A DNA stretch of 64,000 nt. It comes from Syntrophales bacterium. GTDB lineage: Bacteria; Desulfobacterota; Syntrophia; Syntrophales; PHBD01. Location of the stretch: NCBI GenBank assembly GCA_963668175.1, contig OY764159.1, positions 1,696,001 to 1,760,000 on the forward strand. The letters are read 5' to 3'. The translations under genes were made by a program, and so were the position numbers. The notes under the pieces are model-generated. The model worked only from the letters and a program-made list of their open reading frames with translations, searched no databases and was not told the DNA's origin. Each line of letters opens with the position of its first letter. The first letter of the stretch is position 1. Below are positions 9,860 through 19,163 of the stretch, in pieces.

Positions 9860-10030
9860 GGAAATCTCCCTGCCACGATTACTGCAAACCGAAGTTACTC
9901 CTGGCGTGTACCACGAACGGCAGCATTATTATATTATCCACACCGTCCAATCTCTCGAATCCGATTAGCGGGAACAAGAAAATAAACCAGTTCTCCATTC
10001 CCCGATTTTGCCGGGACGGAACCGGGTCAG

Positions 10031-10090
10031 ACATCCTGATGACGGCCATGGCCCATCGAGGCCGTCAAACAGTGGCAGATGATTCATTGA
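10031..10090 (+). repeat. Degenerate copy of 3' end of DUF2585 gene (8959-9017)
   Basis: TCCTGATG...TGGCCCATCGA.GCCGTCAAACAGTGGCAGATGAT.C.TTGA present at both sites. Confidence 0.85.
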
Positions 10091-10120
10091 GAGATACCGT
10101 TAGAAAACCGGTGCGAGTCC

Positions 10121-10921
10121 TCAATTCTTTGCCTTGCCTTTTTTCACATATTTAAACTGACAGATGTTTATGCTGCCAAATGCAGATCCTTCACGCACTG
10201 AGAATCCTCTATATATCTTGAGTATCCCCGGAAACGAATCCCAACCGAACATGTATGCCTGCCCTTTATACAGCATTATCTCAGCACCGTAAGAAGCATT
10301 AATGGAACCCAGTATATCATTATATCGCCAATCTAGACGAGTATCCGATTTTATTACACCATACAAATCTTTCCATCCTGCTTCGTTACATGATCGCTGA
10401 TTTAACAATACAACCTGTTCAGTACGGCCATCGTAATCAATATCAATCGTTGCGATCTGTAGTTTGATTCGACCGTCAGTAAGATCGGTCTTGTAACCTG
10501 GCTCAATTATCTTCCATTGCCCAACGCGATACTTTTCTCCCCGGCCACTCAAAGCCATGTCCTCAATCAGTCCCCAATGGGCTTTGGGATCAATCAAACT
10601 CCATGCGAGCTTCTTAAACTGCTTTTCCCCAGGCGGCAGAGTCCAGTTGCAAATCAGTTTATCAGGAGATTCACAGGTTCTGTTCAATACCTTTTCAAAA
10701 TCGACACACACGGGCAATTCGCTCCTTTCCCACACTTCCGCGCGCCTGCCATTCCCCAGAGATGTTGTCCGATCTACCCATGAGATGCGTTTCCAGCATT
10801 TCTGCGTCTTTTTAATTTTTTTCTCGATAGCCGTTGCATCCTGTTTTTCGGCCGCCATCAGTGATGGACCCGTTAAACAGAACACCAAGACAATCGCGGA
10901 TAGAATCAATTTTCGCGACAT
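10121..10921 (-). CDS. Secreted hypothetical protein, AT-richer than flanks
   Basis: ATG 10921 after GAGAGG; signal peptide MSRKLILSAIVLVFCLTGPSLMA; several Cys; DIDYDG loop; visibly lower GC. Confidence 0.7.
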   Translation of the reverse strand: MSRKLILSAIVLVFCLTGPSLMAAEKQDATAIEKKIKKTQKCWKRISWVDRTTSLGNGRRAEVWERSELPVCVDFEKVLNRTCESPDKLICNWTLPPGEKQFKKLAWSLIDPKAHWGLIEDMALSGRGEKYRVGQWKIIEPGYKTDLTDGRIKLQIATIDIDYDGRTEQVVLLNQRSCNEAGWKDLYGVIKSDTRLDWRYNDILGSINASYGAEIMLYKGQAYMFGWDSFPGILKIYRGFSVREGSAFGSINICQFKYVKKGKAKN

Positions 10922-11031
10922 ATCGCTTAACCTCTCACGGTCTGCTGTCCGGATAGACCATGGCCCGATCTTGCGTCGGGCCATGGCCGTTCAATCGTTT
11001 TCCAAGCTTCACATTTCCGAAACAGACAGCA

Positions 11032-13122
11032 TCAGGTCTTTGCTGCCGCATCCGGCGCCGAGGCCGGTGCAGCCGCGGCGTCCTTCTTCGTGATGAGGCT
11101 GGTGAGATAGGCGGAAAGCAGGCCGCCGATGCCGTCGCCGCCCTGGACCAGGAAGTCCGGCGTGACCTTGACGTTGCCCGCGGCGATCTGCTTGGAGATT
11201 TCGATGGCCGTGACGCCCTGCTGTCCCACCGCCTTGTTCTGCAGTTCGTAGGCCTTCGCCGTGGCCTCGCCGATGGCGAGTATCTTGGAACCCTCGGCGT
11301 CGCCCTTCGCCTTGATACCCTTCGCCTCGCCCTCGGCCCGGAGCCTGATGCTCTCCGCCTCGCCTTCGGCGAAGCGGATCGCCTTCTGCTTGTTCTGCTC
11401 GGCGATCTTGACGCCGATCTCCGCTTCCACGAGGTTCTTCTGCTGGTCGGCCTCGGAGCGCGTCTTCTCGGTGGCGATGCGAGTCTGCTCCGCCTTCTGC
11501 TGTTCCTGGTACATCGCCTGCTGCTGCTGGGCGATGATCTTCATCGTCTGTGTGTCCATGAGGTCCTGGGGCAGCTTGATCTGGCAGATGAGGACGGAGA
11601 CGCATTCCACATGGTATTTCTCAAGCTCCGTGCGGGCCCGCTCTTCGGCTTTCCGCTGCTCGTCCTGGCGGTCCTGCATGAAGTTCATGGCGGACGTGGA
11701 CGAGGCCTGGTTGCGGAAGCTCGAATCGATCATCGGGTGGATGACGTGGCGGATCAGGTTGTCGATGGAGCCGATCTTGGCGACCATGTAGGGCGCCTGG
11801 TCGGGGCGGACGCGGATGATGACCTTGACGGCGACGCTGATCTCGAAGCCGTCGCGGGAGATGACCTTCAGGGGATCGAAGTTCGTCTCCTTGGCGTCGT
11901 CCCAGTCGATGGTGATGTTCGTCGTATCGACGATGTAGGCGATGAACGCCCGGCGGTTCAGGTAATAGATGCCGGGGCCGGCCACCTCCTGCTGGATGCC
12001 GCGGAAGCCCTTGGGCACGACGTAGCGCTCGATGCCGGTGTCCAGCCTTTTTTCGATCAGTTCGACCGGCGGCACGCCCGTGTCCGCCTGGATCTCCTTC
12101 CTGGCCGTTTCCGCGACGATCTGCTTCACCTGTTCGGGCTCTTCGCCCACGTTCGAGATGACGACGGCGACCTGGCCGCGCTCCACGGTGGCTACGTCGT
12201 CAAGCTCCAGCTGGAACATGAGGGTATTGACGTAGTACGTGCCCGGCTTGAGGACGTCGAACTGGGGGCCGCGCTGGCCGCCCGCCCCCAGGAACTTCGA
12301 GGCGTCCTGGTAATCGTTGTGCCCCGGGACGGACTTCGCCACGTATTCGGTCTCCGGCAGGGGCTCGCCGTCCAGCGACGTCACCAGCCCGACCTTGCCG
12401 GACGGGACCACCGTGGCCTCCCTGACCTCCGCGTGGAAGAGGTCGGTGTTGATGCGGTAAGTGCCGGGCAGCAGAATTTCGATCTGCGGCCCCTTCTGGC
12501 CGTGGTTGCGGAGGAACATCTGGCCGTTTTCGAAGTTCGAGTGGCCTTCCGCCTTGTGGGCGAGAAGCCGGCCGACGGAGATCGGCTCGCCGTCCATCGC
12601 CGTGACCATGCCGATCTTGCCCTTGTCGATCACGATGCAGGGGACCTTGCGGATTTTGAACAGGAAGGGGTTGATGCGGTAGTTCCCCGGCGGGAGGATT
12701 TCGATCTGGGGGCCCTTCTCCCCGCCGTTGTGGAGGAAGGCCTCGCCGTCCTGAAACGAATCGTGACCGGAGACTACCTTGGCGAAGATCTTTCCCGGAG
12801 GAATGGCGTCCCCGTCGATGGATTCGATGATGCCGACCTGGTCCTCGGTGATGACGGTGAAGGGCACCTTCGTCGCTTTGTAAAGGAAGGGGATCAGGAG
12901 GTGAAGCCCCGGCCCCAGGGTCCTCGCCTGGACGCCGACCTCGTCCGCCATGGCGACGACGCGGCCGCTGGGCATCTTCTTGCCGAACCAGCGCCGTTCG
13001 AGAACGGCGATCTGCGTGCCCCCGACGTTGACGATCATGTTAGTCAGGATGATGAGAAAGAGGATGAACCCGACGGCGTAGAGGGCGACCATGCCCGGGT
13101 GCTGAAAGATGTAATCGATCAT
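11032..13122 (-). CDS. SPFH/flotillin (band 7) protein with tandem N-terminal repeats
   Basis: N-terminal TM, three 74-aa repeats, SPFH core (ISRDGFEISV...FRNQA), C-terminal AE-rich coiled coil. Confidence 0.88.
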   Translation of the reverse strand: MIDYIFQHPGMVALYAVGFILFLIILTNMIVNVGGTQIAVLERRWFGKKMPSGRVVAMADEVGVQARTLGPGLHLLIPFLYKATKVPFTVITEDQVGIIESIDGDAIPPGKIFAKVVSGHDSFQDGEAFLHNGGEKGPQIEILPPGNYRINPFLFKIRKVPCIVIDKGKIGMVTAMDGEPISVGRLLAHKAEGHSNFENGQMFLRNHGQKGPQIEILLPGTYRINTDLFHAEVREATVVPSGKVGLVTSLDGEPLPETEYVAKSVPGHNDYQDASKFLGAGGQRGPQFDVLKPGTYYVNTLMFQLELDDVATVERGQVAVVISNVGEEPEQVKQIVAETARKEIQADTGVPPVELIEKRLDTGIERYVVPKGFRGIQQEVAGPGIYYLNRRAFIAYIVDTTNITIDWDDAKETNFDPLKVISRDGFEISVAVKVIIRVRPDQAPYMVAKIGSIDNLIRHVIHPMIDSSFRNQASSTSAMNFMQDRQDEQRKAEERARTELEKYHVECVSVLICQIKLPQDLMDTQTMKIIAQQQQAMYQEQQKAEQTRIATEKTRSEADQQKNLVEAEIGVKIAEQNKQKAIRFAEGEAESIRLRAEGEAKGIKAKGDAEGSKILAIGEATAKAYELQNKAVGQQGVTAIEISKQIAAGNVKVTPDFLVQGGDGIGGLLSAYLTSLITKKDAAAAPASAPDAAAKT

Positions 13123-13518
13123 GTTTTTGGTCCTTTCTTCTTGTTCTGGGGTTGATCTTGTTTTTTAGCTTCCTGTAACCGCTGTTCCGGAGGCCGGACC
13201 ATTTTCGCCGGCGCATCCCGGCACATGTGTCCGTATACGCGGGAAGCCCGGAACAGGGACGATTTTTGCCAATTCTCGCCTCTTTTATACTAAAGAATAA
13301 GATATTATGCTAATATTTATTTTAGACAGAATCACTATTTTGTAAATAGCTGGGTATTGTAGAGGATAATACACAAAACGATGGGGCGCGTTTCACGCGA
13401 GACGAGGCAAAGGAAAATGGTGGCGTGGGGTGGCTCCGTGATGCGGCCGGGGTGATGCACAGATAAAGCGTTTGCAGGGAATGAAACCTGAGATTATCGG
13501 TGAACGGCCGGTCGCGGC

Positions 13519-15330
13519 CTAGACTAGTTCCGTGAGGGCTTCCCGGATGCGGAGGACCACATCGTCCCAGCCGCCGGGTTCGTTCTGGTTGAAGATGCGC
13601 AGGGTGCCGGGATACCAGGGGCTGTCCTCCCTGTCGACGAACCAGCGCCAGCAGCTGTTGAACCGGTTCAGGAGCCATACGGGTTTGCCCATTGCCCCCG
13701 CCAGGTGGACGACGGCCGTATCGACGCTGATGACGAGATCGAGGTTTGCGATAAGGGCGGCCGTATCGGCGAAATCGCGGCAGTCCGCCGTCCAGTCGAT
13801 GAGCCCGAAGTCGGCCGGGGCCTTCGGCCCGTCCTTCTGCAGCGAGAAGAACCGCACATCGGCGACATCCAAAAGAGGGGCCAGGCATTCGGGGGCGACG
13901 GACCTTTTCCTGTCTGTGATGACGAGATCGGGAGACTGGACCCGAGAGCTTCCCGCCCAGGCCAGTCCGACTTTCATGTCGTCCGATCCCAGGGCGGCAA
14001 TACGTTCCCGCCAGCGGGCCTCGTCGGCGGCATCGGGACGCAGATAGGGGACAACCGCCGGTATCGTTTCGACCTCCGTCCTGAAAACGACGGGCAGATG
14101 CATCATGGGGCAGTGGACATCGAAAGCCGGGATGTCGTCGGTACGCGTGAAAATGGCGTCCACACCGGCGAGTGTCCGGACAATGCGCTGCAACTGGGGC
14201 GGCACGAACATGAGGACGTTGAAACCCATTGCCCTGATCATGGGTACGTACCGGCAGAATTGAATGGTATCGCCGAAGCCCTGTTCGGCGTGGATCAGGA
14301 TCGTCCGGCCTTCTCCCGCTTCTCCCCGCCACTCGGGCCGGTTGAAGCACCGGGAAATATGGCTGAACTGCTTCGACTGCCAGCGCCATTTGTATTCGCG
14401 CCATCCCTCGTCGAAGTGCCCGAGGGCCAGGAGAGACATCGCCAGATTTTTGTGTATTTCCGCATTGCCGGGATCGAAGCGCAACGCCTCCCGGTAAACC
14501 TCGACGGCCTCTTCGTGAAGCCGCGAATCCTTCAGCGTGTTGCCCAGATTGTTGAGGGCGCCGGGATACGTGGGGCGGAGCGTCAGGGCCTTCCTGCTAC
14601 ACTCGACGGCCCCGGCGAGGTCGTCCCTGAAGCGCCGGATCACGCTCAGGTTGCTGAGGGCCTCGGGATAGTCCGGTTGGATCGACAGGGCCTCCCGGTA
14701 AAGGGCCTCTGCGCCGTCCAGGTCGTTCGAAAGGAAGCGGATAACGCCGAGATTGTTGATGACCAGGGGATTGCCGGGAACGAGGTCAAGCGCCAGCTTA
14801 TAGCAGGCCGCCGCTTCGGACAGCAGGCCCATCTCTTTCAGGGTGTTGCCTTTTCCCGTGAGAGTCGCGGCATGATGGGGGTCGATGGAGAGCGATTTGT
14901 CGAAGGCGGTAAGCGATCCTGCCATGTCGCCGGTCTTTCTCAGGGCATGGCCGATGTGGGCATGAGCCCTGGCATGGTCCGGCCTGAAGGAGACAACGCG
15001 CGTCATGAGCAAAAGCGCCGCGGTGTAATTGTTCTGGGCCAGGTGCATGAGGGCGAAGCAGTACATGACAGCCGTCGACCGGGGGACGAGGGCCAGGGCC
15101 TTCTGCATCCAGGCCTCCGCCTCCTTCTTGCGCCCCTCCACAAAATTGACGACGCCCTGCAGGAAGACGAAGGTGTGGTTCTCGGGATTTTTCCGCCAGA
15201 GCTCGATGCAGACCTGCCGGGTCTCTTCGACTTTCTCCTGCCCGCGTCCGCTCATAATCAGGAATTCGACAATATCCTCGATCCGGCTGTCCGTGTCTGT
15301 CCGGCGGTCTGTCATTGCTTCCCGGTTCAT
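13519..15330 (-). CDS. TPR-repeat protein with C-terminal GT9-like glycosyltransferase domain
   Basis: Multiple TPRs (NNLGNTLK, ALSNL), EGWREYKWRW, HAEQGFGDTIQFCRY, VGLAWAG, DFADTAALIANLDLVISVDTAVVHLAGAMG. Confidence 0.9.
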   Translation of the reverse strand: MNREAMTDRRTDTDSRIEDIVEFLIMSGRGQEKVEETRQVCIELWRKNPENHTFVFLQGVVNFVEGRKKEAEAWMQKALALVPRSTAVMYCFALMHLAQNNYTAALLLMTRVVSFRPDHARAHAHIGHALRKTGDMAGSLTAFDKSLSIDPHHAATLTGKGNTLKEMGLLSEAAACYKLALDLVPGNPLVINNLGVIRFLSNDLDGAEALYREALSIQPDYPEALSNLSVIRRFRDDLAGAVECSRKALTLRPTYPGALNNLGNTLKDSRLHEEAVEVYREALRFDPGNAEIHKNLAMSLLALGHFDEGWREYKWRWQSKQFSHISRCFNRPEWRGEAGEGRTILIHAEQGFGDTIQFCRYVPMIRAMGFNVLMFVPPQLQRIVRTLAGVDAIFTRTDDIPAFDVHCPMMHLPVVFRTEVETIPAVVPYLRPDAADEARWRERIAALGSDDMKVGLAWAGSSRVQSPDLVITDRKRSVAPECLAPLLDVADVRFFSLQKDGPKAPADFGLIDWTADCRDFADTAALIANLDLVISVDTAVVHLAGAMGKPVWLLNRFNSCWRWFVDREDSPWYPGTLRIFNQNEPGGWDDVVLRIREALTELV

Positions 15331-15354
15331 GGCATTGTTTCCTTATCCGGGCTG

Positions 15355-16080
15355 TCAGGCCGACGTATTGATGGTGCCTGCCTGGGTGCCGGCGTTAAGC
15401 AGGCCCGCCAACATATCCAGCAGTTTTTTCCGGTTGGAGCCGGACATTGAACCAGTCGAAACCGCATCGGAGGCCGAACCGCTCGCGCTCACCGATTGCA
15501 CGTTTTTGAGCAGGTCGGAAAAGGAGCTCTTTGCGCTTGTGAGATCGCCCGACGAGAGGGCGGTGGAGAGTGTGCCGAGTGCCGTGGACAGCTTATTGGA
15601 ACTGTCTTTCGTACCGGAGGACGATGCGGCCGCAGTTACGGTTTTCCCCGCCGTTCCCGAATCGGCGGCCGGCCCGTTCTGCAGGTTCTGCATGACCGTG
15701 GCGAAGATATTTCGGGCGCCGGTCAGGTTCCCCGCGGCAAGGGCCGCTCCCAGGGCGTCCATGTCCTTTTTCAGCGGATTCGAATCGTTTCCGGCCGCGG
15801 CCGAAGACGTCGTGCCCGCCGCATCCGTGGAGCTTGCTCCCTGGATGTCCTGCGTGAGTTGCGAGAGGAACGAATTCTGCGAGTTGAACAGACTGTTGAT
15901 GTCGAGCGCCTGAAGAAGCGAACTCACATCGGTCGAACTGGTATCCGCGGTGCTGGTCCCGAAGACGGCATTGAATGCCGAATCGGCGGATTGACTGCCC
16001 GACGAATCGGTCCGCGAACCGAACAGTGATTTATAGAGCTCGTAAAGATAGTTGCTTGACGAAATTCCGGATATCGACAC
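15355..16080 (-). CDS. Ser/Thr/Ala-rich low-complexity protein
   Basis: GTG start after AAAGGAGG; MSISGISSS N-terminus, two copies of L..AL..G(N/D)LT.A...F motif, ends GTINTSA. Confidence 0.8.
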   Translation of the reverse strand: MSISGISSSNYLYELYKSLFGSRTDSSGSQSADSAFNAVFGTSTADTSSTDVSSLLQALDINSLFNSQNSFLSQLTQDIQGASSTDAAGTTSSAAAGNDSNPLKKDMDALGAALAAGNLTGARNIFATVMQNLQNGPAADSGTAGKTVTAAASSSGTKDSSNKLSTALGTLSTALSSGDLTSAKSSFSDLLKNVQSVSASGSASDAVSTGSMSGSNRKKLLDMLAGLLNAGTQAGTINTSA

Positions 16081-16157
16081 GATAAACCTCCTTTCTCATC
16101 GCCTGTCCCGGACCCCGGATAGAGGCCGGCGGCGATTGCCTCTGGTGGTTGGACAAA

Positions 16158-16173
16158 AGCAACGAACGTGCCC
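16158..16173 (-). promoter_or_regulatory. Sigma54 (-24/-12) promoter candidate
   Basis: Minus strand GGGCACGTTCGTTGCT = GG-N10-GC, matches TGGCACG-N4-TTGCW at all but the first base; ~78 nt upstream of the 16080 start. Confidence 0.7.
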
Positions 16174-16520
16174 TGGAGACAACGTTGCGCGCCGAACCGT
16201 CGCATCCCGGCGTGAAGAGTCCTTACGGCCGGACTGACCGGCGGGTTTCTTGCGAATAAAGTTCTTGAAAATCGGATATATAGCCGCTATGCCGGAGAGG
16301 CGGGCTGCCGCGGTTGCCTTTGAAAAATATACAAATCTTAACGGAAGATTCCAGGTGGGATGCGGCAGGGCAGGCCGCCCGCCGGCCGCAAAGAGGGAAA
16401 ATATTGCCAGGGCGGAATTGCCGGGGGAAAATTATGCCTCCGTCCAGCGGCCCGGCCGTGTTCCCGGAAAGAGGGCGTGGCGGCGCGGGAAGTGCGACGC
16501 CTCCCTTCATCTCTCTCCAT

Positions 16521-16730
16521 TCAGGCCGATCGGGACGGCATCGCAACGGAAAATGCGGGCATGGTTCCGTTCGTCTCCCCCGTTGCCTTTGTTATCCGCG
16601 GGAATGCCTCTCCCCGCTTTCCTGCATTCTTCTTATTCCGCACGGACCTCGCGTCCCTTGCCAGACTGGCTGCGGCCTGCTGCAGGGCGCGGATCTCCTC
16701 CGCCGTCAGATAATCGATAGCGCTCCTCAT
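16521..16730 (-). CDS. Small hypothetical protein (69 aa)
   Basis: ATG 16730 preceded by GGAAAGGA; MRSAIDYLTAEEIRALQQAAASLARDA...; sigma54-like site upstream. Confidence 0.5.
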   Translation of the reverse strand: MRSAIDYLTAEEIRALQQAAASLARDARSVRNKKNAGKRGEAFPRITKATGETNGTMPAFSVAMPSRSA

Positions 16731-16841
16731 AGCAATCCTTTCCCGTGCCGGCCGCCGGCGGCAATTTTTGCTGCCCGCCTGCCCTCGATAAAACATTATT
16801 TGCCGGTTTCACGGCGTACCCACCCCTCAATATACGGATAT

Positions 16842-16857
16842 TGCATGTCACGTGCCA
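16842..16857 (-). promoter_or_regulatory. Sigma54 (-24/-12) promoter candidate
   Basis: Minus strand TGGCACGTGACATGCA = GG-N10-GC. Confidence 0.6.
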
Positions 16858-16999
16858 GGAGAAGGGCGGCTTGCGGAAATAAAGAAAGGGCGGTTGTCCT
16901 CGACGGCTCATACGCCGTTCCGCCCTTCTTAAGACACAGGCTTTCGCCCGTCCTTTATTTTCGATTTTCTGCACTGTTTTCGGAATTGGTTTCGCAGCG

Positions 17000-17494
17000 T
17001 CAGCGCCTATTGGCGACGATGTAGGCCATGAGGCCGCCGGCGGCGACGAGTTCCTGCATAAACGGCGGAATCGGTTCGATGCGCCATGTCCCCGAAGCCG
17101 GTGGCGAAGCCGTGACGGTGCCGCTCGCGCTGTCCACCTCGATCTCGCTGCCCTCGGCGACGGCGTCCCATATTTCCGCGGATTCGAAGATGGGCAGGCC
17201 CATATTGAAGGCGTTGCGATAGAATATCCGGGCGAAGCTCTTCGCAATAACGCAGGAGATGCCGGCCGCCTTGATCGCTATCGGCGCATGCTCCCGCGAC
17301 GAGCCGCAGCCGAAATTCTCCCCCGCCACGATGATGTCCCCCCGCGCGATCTTTTTCGCGAACGCGGGGTCCGCGTCCTCCATGCAGTGGGCGGCCAGGG
17401 CCTCCGGGTCCGAAGTGTTCAGGTAACGCGCAGGGATGATGGCGTCCGTATCGATGTTGTTGCCGAATTTCCAGATGCGTCCTTTGTACTTCAT
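17000..17494 (-). CDS. leuD: 3-isopropylmalate dehydratase small subunit
   Basis: KFGNNIDTDAIIPARYL, NFGCGSSREHAP, SFARIFYRNAFNMGLP; ATGA overlap with leuA. Confidence 0.95.
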   Translation of the reverse strand: MKYKGRIWKFGNNIDTDAIIPARYLNTSDPEALAAHCMEDADPAFAKKIARGDIIVAGENFGCGSSREHAPIAIKAAGISCVIAKSFARIFYRNAFNMGLPIFESAEIWDAVAEGSEIEVDSASGTVTASPPASGTWRIEPIPPFMQELVAAGGLMAYIVANRR

Positions 17495-19071
17495 GATTTC
17501 CCTCCTTTCCCTGCCTCCCTGCCCGTCTCGGCGCCTTCGGCCTTCCGGGTATTGCTCTTCAGCCATTCCAGCCTGTTCAGGGCGTTCACGTAGGCGTTGG
17601 CCGAGGCGACGATGATGTCGGGATGGGCCCCGCGCCCCACGACGCTCCGGCCGTTGTACTGGAGGCGGACAGTCACCTCTCCCAGGGCGTCGGTCCCGCC
17701 GGTGATGGCTTTGACGTTGTACTCCAGCAGGCGGTAGTCCGTACCCGTGATCTTGCGGATGGCCGCGACGGTGGCGTCGAGGGGCCCGACCCCGAAGCCG
17801 GCGTCCTGGACGGTCTTATCGTCCACCCGCATCTTCAGGGTGGCCGTCGGGATGGCGACGTTGCCGCTAATGACGCTCATGTAGATGATGTCGTATTTGT
17901 CCCGGCCGCGGAAGACTTCTTCGTAATAGATCGCTTCCAGGTCCTCGTCGAAGATTTCCTTCTTGATGTCCGCCAGTTGCTTGAAATGGGCGAAGACCCG
18001 CGTCATCTCTTCGCGGGTGAGCTTGTAGCCCATCTTCTCGAAATGCGCCTGGATGGCATGGCGGCCCGAGTGCTTGCCGAGGACGATATGGGTCTCCGGT
18101 ACGCCCACGGAATGGGGCGTCATGATTTCGTAGGTGAGCTTGTTCTTGATGAGGCCGTCCTGGTGGATGCCCGATTCGTGGGCAAAGGCGTTCGTGCCGA
18201 CGATGGCCTTGTTCGGCGGGACGGCGATGCCCGTGATCTGGGTCAGGAGGCGCGACACCTGGTAGATGCGTTCGCTTACGATTCCCGTCTCGTAGCCGTA
18301 GAAATCCCTGCGGGTGGCGAGGGCCATGGCGATCTCCTCCAGGGCGGCGTTGCCGGCCCGTTCGCCGATGCCGTTTATCACGCATTCCACCTGTCTCGCT
18401 CCGTTCTGGATCGCCGCCAGCGAATTGGCGACGGCCAGGCCCAGGTCGTCGTGGCAGTGGACCGAAACGACGGCCTGCGAGATGTTCTTGACCTTCTTGA
18501 AGAGGAAGGCGATCAGGGCGCCGAACTCGCCCGGGACGGCGTAGCCGACCGTATCGGGGATATTGACGGTCTTCGCCCCGCAGGCGATGACGGTCTCGAT
18601 GATCTCGGCGAGGTAGTCCCTGTCCGTTCGCGTCGCATCCATGGGCGAGAATTCCACGTTGTCGGTGTAGCGGCGGGCATGGGTGACGGCCCGGCGTGCG
18701 TCCTCCAGGACCTGCTGACGCGATTTGTTCAACTGGTGCTGCAGGTGGATGTCCGACGTGGAGATGAAGGTGTGGATGCGCGGATTTGCCGCCCCTTCGA
18801 TCGCCTGCCAGGCCCGGTCGATATCCGCGATATCCGCCCTGGCCAGGGCCGCGACCTGCGAGCCGCGGATCTCGCGGGCGATCTGCCGGACCGAATCGAA
18901 ATCCCCCTCGGAGGCGATGGGGAATCCGGCCTCGATGATATCGACACCGAGTCTCTCGAGCTGGCGGGCGAAGCGCAACTTTTCGTTCGGGTTCATGCTG
19001 GCCCCCGGCGATTGCTCCCCGTCCCTGAGCGTCGTATCAAAGATCAGTATCCTCTCCTTTTTCCGTTCCAT
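17491..19071 (-). CDS. leuA: 2-isopropylmalate synthase
   Basis: IFDTTLRDGEQSPG, HCHDDLGLAVANS, GIGERAGN, NAFAHESGIHQDG, LGKHSGRHA, C-terminal regulatory domain. Confidence 0.96.
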   Translation of the reverse strand: MERKKERILIFDTTLRDGEQSPGASMNPNEKLRFARQLERLGVDIIEAGFPIASEGDFDSVRQIAREIRGSQVAALARADIADIDRAWQAIEGAANPRIHTFISTSDIHLQHQLNKSRQQVLEDARRAVTHARRYTDNVEFSPMDATRTDRDYLAEIIETVIACGAKTVNIPDTVGYAVPGEFGALIAFLFKKVKNISQAVVSVHCHDDLGLAVANSLAAIQNGARQVECVINGIGERAGNAALEEIAMALATRRDFYGYETGIVSERIYQVSRLLTQITGIAVPPNKAIVGTNAFAHESGIHQDGLIKNKLTYEIMTPHSVGVPETHIVLGKHSGRHAIQAHFEKMGYKLTREEMTRVFAHFKQLADIKKEIFDEDLEAIYYEEVFRGRDKYDIIYMSVISGNVAIPTATLKMRVDDKTVQDAGFGVGPLDATVAAIRKITGTDYRLLEYNVKAITGGTDALGEVTVRLQYNGRSVVGRGAHPDIIVASANAYVNALNRLEWLKSNTRKAEGAETGREAGKGGKS

Positions 19072-19103
19072 CGTCCTCTCCTTTCGGCTTCGATCGCTAA
19101 AAA

Positions 19104-19139
19104 TAAAAAAAGCCATGGGCTTTTCAACCCATGGCTTTT
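19104..19139 (-). terminator. Attenuator terminator upstream of leuA
   Basis: Minus strand AAAGCCATGGG-TTGAAAAG-CCCATGGCTTTTTTT, between leader ORF and leuA. Confidence 0.85.
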
Positions 19140-19163
19140 AAGTGCGTTCTTTTCAGTAAATCT

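Noticed and set aside
10960..13155. 731-aa plus-strand ORF (and similar long ORFs at 13705-15450, 17623-19167, 20668-22158, 43999-46086, 49976-51574, 54552-56126)
   Set aside because: Antisense shadows of well-supported genes, expected in high-GC DNA; no recognisable motifs
13494..13522. Sigma28-like site (TAGG...ACCGATAA) on the minus strand upstream of the SPFH gene
   Set aside because: Poor -35 match, overlaps the stop of the upstream gene and lies ~370 bp from the start codon
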